Shown here one piece after another: positions 56,563 to 64,000 of a stretch of DNA of 64,000 nucleotides. The stretch lies in the NCBI GenBank assembly GCA_038861545.1, contig JAWCCZ010000004.1, forward strand, positions 64,001-128,000, read 5' to 3'. This DNA is from Thermofilaceae archaeon. Its GTDB lineage: Archaea > Thermoproteota > Thermoprotei > Thermofilales > Thermofilaceae. A program made the position numbers and the translations under genes. The notes beneath the pieces were generated by a model. It did not search any database. It worked only from the letters and a program-made list of their open reading frames with translations, and was not told the DNA's origin. The stretch's first letter is position 1. Each line of letters starts with the position of its first letter.

Positions 56563-59500
56563 ATGGGACGTAAGGAGGTTTACGCGATTTTAATGCTACT
56601 GCTAGCGGCTCAAATAGCCGTTTCAGCCCCTCTAGAGTTAAGCTTCGAAGTAGCGGTTGTCGACTCTTTGGGGAAGCCGGTTGAAGGAGCAATTGTGGTG
56701 TTTATCAACGCGAGAACGTTGGGAGCTGCTTATATGGGTAGAACCGATTCCTCTGGGAGGCTGGAGGGATTCGTACAATCTGGCGAATACTACCTTTTAT
56801 ATGTAGTTAAGGTGGAGGAGGGCAGGTTAACTCACTTACCCGTTAAGGTGGATTTGACTGGCTATCCTAGGGCGCAGAACTTAGAAGTCAGAGCAGTGCT
56901 GTACCCTGCGGCACGTATTAACGTAACCGGTAGAATAGTGTATATAGGCGAGGCGTATGCTGGTAGGGTGAGGGTTCAAATCCTAGACAAGTATGGCGTT
57001 CCTCTTTCTAAGTCGCTGAAAGGTGGCGAAGTAGTAGTACAGGATGATAGTAAAATAACTAAGATGAACTCCACTGTAGTTGATTTATACGGAGCCACTC
57101 TGGATTATACTGCGCTTAAAAGAGGATTAGGTTACGCTCCTTTAAAAGAGACTGAAGCCCTTATTCCAATCGACTATCCCGTTGTAGCTAGGGTTAACTA
57201 CCTTTTAGTTATGCTGCGCGAATCGACGCTTAAAGACTTATTCATAGATTTCGGTTCTTTTGAAAACCCTTTGGTTCTTAGCTCGAGCCAGGATGTTTTC
57301 ACTGTTGACCTGCTAAAGACAAGCCTTGAAGGCCAAATCCGTTCGGTTAAAATGGATTTGGATTCTGCGAGGGCTCTGATTCACGGGTTCGAAACCCTGG
57401 GTTTCTATATTCCTGAGATGAATGACCTTTTGAAAAGAGGAGAAGAATATGTACAGGCAGCGGAGGAGCGGTTTGCTCGAGGAGGTAGGCCTGAGGAGAT
57501 CCTGCCTCTACTGGAAGCCAGTAGCGCTTTAGCTAACGATCAGATTCCCAAGCAACTTGGATTTATTCGCGATGTAGCAAAAGCCGGAGCTGTGATCATG
57601 CCCAGCTTCATAGCCGTATTCGCGGCCGTCTTAGCATTTTACTTTTTCGATAGGGAGCGAGCTAAGGTTATCGGTTTCTCGATCGTTTACATGCTTTTCG
57701 TTGTAGCATTCGCATATCTTTACCCGGGATTCAGGTTACTGTGGTCCCTAGATCGATCGTTGTTCCTCTTAACGGTTGGAGGAGCTTACGCATTATTTGT
57801 TATTGCTGTTTTTGCGCTTCCTAGGATAATAAAAGAACCAGAGTTGCCGAGCGAAATCGCGCTGGGTGGATTGATCGCCGTTGCGTTCACCCTCGGTAAA
57901 AGGTACTCGAAAATCAGGGTCTTCCGAACAGTTATTATGATTTTCAGCATTGCTGCGTTTATATGGGCATTTACTGTATTGGCCACTTTCGGTACCGTGT
58001 ATGCTAAGATTGAAGAGAAAGATTTTGCTACCTACCCTGAGAACGTACTTACGATTAAAAGAGCTGTTAACGGTGTTCCGCAACCGTTGAACCCGGACCT
58101 AGATGCATTGCTTTTTGAGGGGCGTAAAGATATTGCTTACCCCTACTTTATAGTTTACAATAGGCCTGATGAAAGACTGGAGATAATAGTATCCTATGCT
58201 GGGCTTGAACGTATTGTGCACTTTGCTGTAGGAGTCGATAGAGAGGAGTTTAGGCTTAATCCACTCTTCCTTAACGCGGTTACTCTTTACAAGGCTTTCG
58301 ATAACAATAGCGTGATCCTCCCATCCTCTATCTGGACTTCTCTCGGTTTAAAAGGCGGAGAACCTGTTTACATATTAGTCAAAGGGGAAAGGCTACAGCT
58401 GAAGGCTGCTGGCTACTTTGATGAATCACTGATCAACGAGTGGAGTAACCCGGATGGTTCACCTTTAAAGCCCTTTATAATTCGAGAAGGTAAACCAGTT
58501 TATGCAAACAGCTCCGACTTTTTAATAGCGCACTACTCTCTACTTATGCGTTTACTGCCGCAATTCGAGGGTGGATACTCAAGCATATTTCTACCTTACC
58601 AGATCTCAGCGGAGCCTCTAGGCGAGGAACAAGGCTGGCTCTTCGCCAATGAGGTAGTTGATAGGAGAGGTGAAAATTACATCGCTATTACATGCTATGG
58701 AAGTAAATGCTCAAGGGTGTATTATGGAACTCGGGTTGAAAGCATTTTCCAGAAAGAGGCAACTTTCCTGGTACCGCTAGTAATAGTTATCATCAATGTA
58801 CTAATGAGCATGTTAAGCATCATTAGAGAACGTAAAAGAGAGATATTTATCTTCATGACCGTCGGTTTTAACCCAAGGCATATAGCCTTAGTGTTTCTCG
58901 CCGAAGCTATCATCTACGGACTCCTGAGCGGCGGTTTTGGTTACGTAGCTGGGCTCACCACCTTTAGGGCTCTCAGTATTTTTGCCCAAGGGCAGAACTT
59001 GATGGTAAGGGAGAAGATTGAATGGTATTGGAGCTACATCGCTATCGCACTAGCGGTTGCCGTCTCCGTGATTGGTGCAATTAAGCCTTCAATGGATGCA
59101 GCTTACACGTTTGCGCCCACGGAAATCAGGAGGCGTAGAATCGCGGAGAGGAGAGAAAAAGTTAAACGAGAGGAGTTTTATCTAAGAACCGGTGCTGCGA
59201 AAACTTTCTCGATACCCGGCGAGATTATAGCTGATGAGGCAGAAGCCGCGTTCTCTTACATTTATTCGAAGCTAACTGAGCTGAGCTATGGAGAACTGGA
59301 ATCTGTTGAAAGATTACAGGATCTGCCAATGGAAATCCGCTCCGATGGAACTAGAATTAAAAGGTTCCAGTTCAACTATGTTAGCACTACAGAGAGCGGT
59401 TTAAAGATAACTATGGAATGCGAGCTGCGGTTCGTGTTGAATCCGGGTGCTGAAGCTTACAGAGTAGAGCTTGACTCAAAACCGGTGGGCCATGCCCCTA

Positions 59501-59589
59501 TAAGCCATATGGATTACGCAGCAGATCTAGCTAAAAGAATTGTGGGCGACTGGATGAGGGAAAGGGAAAAGTTACTGCAACCCGGCTAG
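56563..59589 (+). CDS. large FtsX/MacB-like ABC-type permease with N-terminal extracellular domains
   Basis: Signal peptide; VVDSLGKPVEGA.V prealbumin/Ig-like start; helical region; TM bundle; ERKREI...GFNP...VFLAEA FtsX motif; about 160-aa C-terminal soluble domain. Confidence 0.75.
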   Translation: MGRKEVYAILMLLLAAQIAVSAPLELSFEVAVVDSLGKPVEGAIVVFINARTLGAAYMGRTDSSGRLEGFVQSGEYYLLYVVKVEEGRLTHLPVKVDLTGYPRAQNLEVRAVLYPAARINVTGRIVYIGEAYAGRVRVQILDKYGVPLSKSLKGGEVVVQDDSKITKMNSTVVDLYGATLDYTALKRGLGYAPLKETEALIPIDYPVVARVNYLLVMLRESTLKDLFIDFGSFENPLVLSSSQDVFTVDLLKTSLEGQIRSVKMDLDSARALIHGFETLGFYIPEMNDLLKRGEEYVQAAEERFARGGRPEEILPLLEASSALANDQIPKQLGFIRDVAKAGAVIMPSFIAVFAAVLAFYFFDRERAKVIGFSIVYMLFVVAFAYLYPGFRLLWSLDRSLFLLTVGGAYALFVIAVFALPRIIKEPELPSEIALGGLIAVAFTLGKRYSKIRVFRTVIMIFSIAAFIWAFTVLATFGTVYAKIEEKDFATYPENVLTIKRAVNGVPQPLNPDLDALLFEGRKDIAYPYFIVYNRPDERLEIIVSYAGLERIVHFAVGVDREEFRLNPLFLNAVTLYKAFDNNSVILPSSIWTSLGLKGGEPVYILVKGERLQLKAAGYFDESLINEWSNPDGSPLKPFIIREGKPVYANSSDFLIAHYSLLMRLLPQFEGGYSSIFLPYQISAEPLGEEQGWLFANEVVDRRGENYIAITCYGSKCSRVYYGTRVESIFQKEATFLVPLVIVIINVLMSMLSIIRERKREIFIFMTVGFNPRHIALVFLAEAIIYGLLSGGFGYVAGLTTFRALSIFAQGQNLMVREKIEWYWSYIAIALAVAVSVIGAIKPSMDAAYTFAPTEIRRRRIAERREKVKREEFYLRTGAAKTFSIPGEIIADEAEAAFSYIYSKLTELSYGELESVERLQDLPMEIRSDGTRIKRFQFNYVSTTESGLKITMECELRFVLNPGAEAYRVELDSKPVGHAPISHMDYAADLAKRIVGDWMREREKLLQPG

Positions 59590-59933
59590 CTGAGTTTTTC
59601 CTCAACCCATTTAACCGGCTTAGGCTTAAGGTATTCAATCCTTCTCTTCACTTCCTCTAACTCCCTTTCTGCCCCTCTTAGCTTCATTTCAGTTTCCTTA
59701 AGTTTTTCCTCAATAGCTTTCCTTTTACCGCTTATCTGGTAATATTTCAGCTCGAGAGACATAAGCTCCTCTTGGCTCTTCGCTTTCCTCATGGCCTCAT
59801 AGGCTTCGTCTTCAAGCTTTTTCGCTTTCTCATAGAGATCTTTTAACTTTCTCTCTTCTTCTTTTAATTTTTCGGTTTCCTTTATCAGCTCCTCTCGTTT
59901 CCTTTCTAACGCTTCTAAACTAAGAGACTCCAT
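59586..59933 (-). CDS. coiled-coil hypothetical protein
   Basis: E/K-rich heptads; coupled to the upstream PRTase. Confidence 0.65.
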   Translation of the reverse strand: MESLSLEALERKREELIKETEKLKEEERKLKDLYEKAKKLEDEAYEAMRKAKSQEELMSLELKYYQISGKRKAIEEKLKETEMKLRGAERELEEVKRRIEYLKPKPVKWVEEKLS

Positions 59934-60544
59934 CGACTCCCCCTAAACCCTTCGAGATCCTCTAGATTAGCTTTCCGTCCTGCTACCATCCTAGCCAGGC
60001 GCTCCAGAACAGCTGGCTCCAGTCCAATTTTCATTAAATCTTCCATAGAATACCCCTGTTTAAACAAAGCTACTGCTGTTTCAAAATGCTCATATGGGAA
60101 AACAACCCATCGATTAACTACTCTCGAATAATAGTCTGGAGTGAATTGGCTCCACGGCTTTAAGTACACTGATAACGTTAGCAGCTTCTTGAACCCTCTT
60201 CTACGAAGGTAATTTAACGCGAGCTGCATAGTTTTCCCAGTATCTACAATATCGTCTACAACGATAACCTGCGTTGCCCCTATCGGTTGACTAAATTCCT
60301 CTTTGAGATGTGGTTCAGAACCACGCGAGTTAGGGCCAGTGTAGTACTCGACATGCAAACTGTAGATCTTCTTCACAGCAGTTAGATCTGAAAGTAGTCT
60401 GGCGATTACTAGCCCCCCTCTAGCTATTGCTATAATAGCATCGAATTCGATCTCTTGAAACTTATACGCCAAATTGATGACGTCTTTTAGGAATTCATTC
60501 CAAGTTAAAACTTCGAAACCTGGGACTGGGTCCTTTTCAGTCAA
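59915..60544 (-). CDS. type I phosphoribosyltransferase (purine PRTase-like)
   Basis: IARGG, VVDDIVDTGKT PRPP loop, W..FPYE; start TTG 60544. Confidence 0.88.
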   Translation of the reverse strand: MTEKDPVPGFEVLTWNEFLKDVINLAYKFQEIEFDAIIAIARGGLVIARLLSDLTAVKKIYSLHVEYYTGPNSRGSEPHLKEEFSQPIGATQVIVVDDIVDTGKTMQLALNYLRRRGFKKLLTLSVYLKPWSQFTPDYYSRVVNRWVVFPYEHFETAVALFKQGYSMEDLMKIGLEPAVLERLARMVAGRKANLEDLEGFRGSRWSLLV

Positions 60545-60608
60545 ATGTTTACCCACCGAGTCATTACTAATACCCTTTAAATCTCTCACCTCTAAAGCAA
60601 AACTTGCG

Positions 60609-61181
60609 GTGAGTACTTTGCCGATAATTTTCATCGGTGGAACACCAGGTGTAGGTAAAACAACTGTCGCTAAGGAGCTAGCAAGAAAAATTGGAATCAG
60701 TTTCCTAAGCCTCGGAGAGCTGGTTCAAGAGGAGGGTTTTTACACAGGTTATGACGTAGAGAAAGGCGCGTACATAGTTGACATGGAAGCTGTTAAACGA
60801 AAGCTTGAGACTTTGGTTAAGGGAAGAAGAATGATTGTGGAAGCACACATAGCTAGCGGTTTACCTTCCGAACAAGTTGAAGTAGCGGTGATCCTGAGAT
60901 TAGATCCACGGGTTTTGGAAAAACGGCTTAAAGAACGCGGTTACCCATGGGCTAAGGTGGTTGAAAATGTTCAAGCGGAAATCCTTGACTCATGTTTGAT
61001 CGAAGCCGTGGAAAACTTCGGAGTCGACAAGGTTTTCGAAGTGGACACTACAGAGAAAACTGTTGAATCAGTGGTTGACGAAGTGTTGGCTATTATAAGG
61101 GAACGAAAAGGGAGCAAACCGGGTAGCGTAAACTGGCTTGAAAAATTGGGGGAAAAAGCACTCGAATACCTAGAAGCGTAG
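60609..61181 (+). CDS. adenylate kinase, AK6/Fap7 family
   Basis: GTPGVGKTT, IVEAH (hhh[D/E]xH), RL..RGY...KV.EN..AEI; start GTG 60609. Confidence 0.9.
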   Translation: MSTLPIIFIGGTPGVGKTTVAKELARKIGISFLSLGELVQEEGFYTGYDVEKGAYIVDMEAVKRKLETLVKGRRMIVEAHIASGLPSEQVEVAVILRLDPRVLEKRLKERGYPWAKVVENVQAEILDSCLIEAVENFGVDKVFEVDTTEKTVESVVDEVLAIIRERKGSKPGSVNWLEKLGEKALEYLEA

Positions 61182-61212
61182 AAACAGCTTTAAGGTAGAT
61201 ATATACTCCGAG

Positions 61213-61959
61213 TTGATGTCAAAGCGATTCCAGACAGTGTTGGTGCTAGTTACGCTGGCTGCAGGGTTTCTATTGGCTACCATATACCCATCTTATAGAT
61301 TTGAGAACTCAGAGTTTAAGGAATTAAAAGCGAGAGGTGGGCCATTCACTCCAGTTGCTTTCATTTTAGATAATACTCCTCTTGAAGGAGTCAATGTATC
61401 AGTGTTAACCTCAAGCTATTTGTTCCTTGAAGGTGAGGAAGCTCTAGTGTGGCTAGGCCAATATAAACTTTCCCAGACGAGAACATACTTCAGCTCTAGC
61501 TACACTGTAATTGTCTTAGTGCTGGAAAATGGTGGCCAAGGTGAAGCGCTTCTTTTCGATAACTTGAGAGAGGGGATGGAGGTCTACGCTTTCATACCGG
61601 AGAGAGATGATTACCAAGTAGTGCCTTTGCTAAGGGTAATCAGCAATAAAAGCCTAGTTGAAATTTATGGTAAAGCCCATGGTATTGATTCTGTGCGTGT
61701 TTACGCGTACGCATACCCCGAGGACTTTAACGCATCCATGAAGCCTAGTAGTAATCTCCTAGTTGGAGAGAGCAGAGTAGTTAACAGCAGGTATTTACTT
61801 AGACTTGAGCGAGGTAGTGGACCGCTAACCTCCAGTGGTAGGCCTCTTATTGAAGTTAACAGTACTTTAGTGATTTACGCTGAGTGTGCATATCACTTCA
61901 TAGACCTCCTCAATGTTTCTGATTGGCGAATCCGTCTGGATTTCAACTGCGGTGGATAA
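61213..61959 (+). CDS. hypothetical membrane-anchored or secreted protein
   Basis: N-terminal hydrophobic helix, beta-rich remainder. Confidence 0.6.
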   Translation: MMSKRFQTVLVLVTLAAGFLLATIYPSYRFENSEFKELKARGGPFTPVAFILDNTPLEGVNVSVLTSSYLFLEGEEALVWLGQYKLSQTRTYFSSSYTVIVLVLENGGQGEALLFDNLREGMEVYAFIPERDDYQVVPLLRVISNKSLVEIYGKAHGIDSVRVYAYAYPEDFNASMKPSSNLLVGESRVVNSRYLLRLERGSGPLTSSGRPLIEVNSTLVIYAECAYHFIDLLNVSDWRIRLDFNCGG

Positions 61960-63277
61960 GGGTTGAAGCGATACTTTTAACCTTTGCAGCGAATTTTTCT
62001 GCGAAATTTTTAGCGTCTTCCATTTTCACAGCTTCACTAGTAACCCTGATAACAGGCTCAGTGTTTGAAGGCCTCACAAGCACCCACCCTTTCTCCAGCT
62101 TAACTTTTACACCGTCGATTAATTCAACAGTATAACTTGAGATAAGCTCTTCCTTTAAGATTTTCATAACCTTCTCTTTGTGTTCATCTGGAACCTCAAC
62201 TTTAACCCTGTATGTAGGATATAGGGGAGGTACCGCTTGGGATACTCTACCCAGCTGCGATACCGCCTTAGCAAAATAAAGCAGTGAGAGTAGCCCATCA
62301 TCCAGGTTGCAGCCATTCCAAGTTACGTAGTGTCCACTGCTCTCAACCCCTAAAATTGCACCCTTGCTTACCACTTCCCGTACAACGAACGTCCTCCCTA
62401 CAGGAACCCTGTACACCTTATACCCTTTCATGCTCACTAGTTCCTCTATAACCATTGAACAATCAACATTCGCTACTACGTCGCCAAACCCCACACCTTC
62501 AAGCATTACTGCTGCAGCCTGCTCAGCGCTTAGCACTCTCCCCTTCTCATCGACGAAAACTACTCTATCACCATCACCGTCTAGTGCTACGCCGAAATGA
62601 GCTTTCCTTTTAACGACTTCTTCTCTCAGCTCAGCTAAGCATTCTGGAGTGGGTTCCGAGCCTCTCCCCGGAAAGCGTGGATCGGGATCCGCGTTTAACG
62701 CGTAAACTTCGAATCCAGCATCCCTTAGCAGGCGAGGCGCAACGAGCGAGGCTGCTCCATTGCCGCAGTCGACCACTACTTTAAGATTTGAGAAGGGGGC
62801 TTTCGATAGGAGAAACTCTTCATACTCTGGAAGCACTTCATGTCTCGCATACCAGCCCGGTTTTCTACACTCTAACTGTGAAAAGAAAAGGTGCTTAATT
62901 TTGAAAATATCTTCGCCCACCATGGGATCCCCTCCACGCCTAAATAGCTTGACGCCATTCCATTCTGCTGGCAGATGAGAAGCTGAAATATACGCGGCTG
63001 CGTAACCCCTGTGGATTGACATATATATTACAGCTCCAATAGGTACAGCTCCTATATCGATAGCGTCTGAGCCTCCTGATAGCAAGCCTGAAAGTAGAGC
63101 TAACCGGAGAAGGGGTGAGCTAACCCTAAGATCCATCCCTACAGCGTAGCTACTCTGAAAGTAATGTGAGACGGCTAGCCCGATTCGAGACACGACATCA
63201 GGCGTGATTTCTCGACCGTAGATGCCCCGAATATCGTATAATCTGAATATATTTTCGATACCTTTAGGTAGCATCAT
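61943..63277 (-). CDS. phosphomannomutase/phosphoglucomutase
   Basis: FRLYDIRG, SASH phospho-Ser, DGDGDR, ESSGH, RPSNTEP. Confidence 0.93.
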   Translation of the reverse strand: MMLPKGIENIFRLYDIRGIYGREITPDVVSRIGLAVSHYFQSSYAVGMDLRVSSPLLRLALLSGLLSGGSDAIDIGAVPIGAVIYMSIHRGYAAAYISASHLPAEWNGVKLFRRGGDPMVGEDIFKIKHLFFSQLECRKPGWYARHEVLPEYEEFLLSKAPFSNLKVVVDCGNGAASLVAPRLLRDAGFEVYALNADPDPRFPGRGSEPTPECLAELREEVVKRKAHFGVALDGDGDRVVFVDEKGRVLSAEQAAAVMLEGVGFGDVVANVDCSMVIEELVSMKGYKVYRVPVGRTFVVREVVSKGAILGVESSGHYVTWNGCNLDDGLLSLLYFAKAVSQLGRVSQAVPPLYPTYRVKVEVPDEHKEKVMKILKEELISSYTVELIDGVKVKLEKGWVLVRPSNTEPVIRVTSEAVKMEDAKNFAEKFAAKVKSIASTLIHRS

Positions 63278-63437
63278 TTCCTAACCCTCATTTGTTTTTA
63301 TAAAAATTTAGGCCTAGCCCAATTTCTTTGGAGATGAAGGAATATTATGTTTGAAGAAGTAGAAAAGTGGTGGGAACTCTAAAGGAGTCCACGTTCCTCC
63401 TCATTTTCTTTTAACCAAAAAATCATGTAACCATATG

Positions 63438-64000
63438 TTAAGTTCTATCTTTATCTTCCCTTTTCAAAAATCCAATAGAAACTCCTTTATGATCTATCCT
63501 TTTAAGTTTATTTGCTATTCCTTTGGGCAGTAAGTCACCAATCTATTCCACCAGTTTTAGCCTAAAAATGTTTATGAATTTTAAAGCTTTGAGTATATCA
63601 CTATAAGTGTAGAATATTATTTTCCTTCAGGCTTGCATACTTTTAAAATTTTGTTGATCGTACGCTCCATATCATCTGGGTGGACATCATATGGATCGAA
63701 AAATTATGAAGTTAAAGAAAACTGGACTTAAATCTACGTCCACTATGTTTCCAACCTTGAAATTCTCAGCGTATTCTGGCAATACCAACTCTTTTGCCTG
63801 CCTAATCGACTCTTCAATAAAGTCTACACCGTAAGGTGTAGGTTTATATTTTTGTAACAAGGTAGCGAAGCATTAATCCATTGCCGCAGCCTAAACCAAT
63901 AACCCGCCTGTCAGAGTCTATCGGGCTCAAGAATAGGCCGTAAATCTCATCTGGGTAAACGTTAAAGCCGTTAGGCCTTAAAACATCTGCCCCGTTATTG
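63438..64000 (-). pseudogene. class I SAM-dependent methyltransferase pseudogene (5' end outside window)
   Basis: Manual translation of the minus strand: VIGLGCGNG (motif I), frameshift, PYGVDF...QAK...GNI.D, frameshift, DPY...KPEGK, frameshift, IIFY..., in-frame TAG, ...REDKDRT*. Confidence 0.8.

Noticed and set aside
56402-59589. Integrated element at tRNA-Glu
   Set aside because: No integrase, no duplicated tRNA 3' end and no compositional shift
1689-62978. Numerous 60-170 aa ORFs antisense to well-supported genes
   Set aside because: Shadow ORFs with Ser/Pro/Ile-rich antisense composition and no motifs

Overview
Gene-dense 64-kb chromosomal segment of a hyperthermophilic crenarchaeon. 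Thermoproteota, most likely Thermofilaceae, is inferred from a tRNA with two non-canonical introns, archaeal DTD2, a ThermoDBP-related protein, many apparently leaderless genes and abundant ABC importers. Contents: a Liv-type ABC operon among sugar-metabolism genes; a 12-gene complex I-like (NuoA,B,C,D,H,I,J1,J2,K,N,L,M) group 4 [NiFe]-hydrogenase, with a HycI-type protease 13 kb away; galK-like/galE; pheST; a compact XPD-family helicase; class III RNR nrdDG; a corrinoid protein plus RACo/RamA activator with no methyltransferase beside them; two tandem Dpp/Opp ABC clusters; tRNA-Glu(CUC) with two BHB introns; a large FtsX-type permease; PRTase, AK6 and PMM/PGM; and a degraded SAM-methyltransferase pseudogene at the right edge. 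The most striking unexplained structure is in the three Dpp/Opp ATPase paralogs. They are synonymously diverged even at Walker A and the signature motif, yet share nucleotide-perfect 89-117 bp tracts with staggered ends and strong T-ending codon bias, covering their C-terminal Cys-rich (putative [4Fe-4S]) domain. This suggests domain-restricted gene conversion. No CRISPR array, transposase or integrase was seen.
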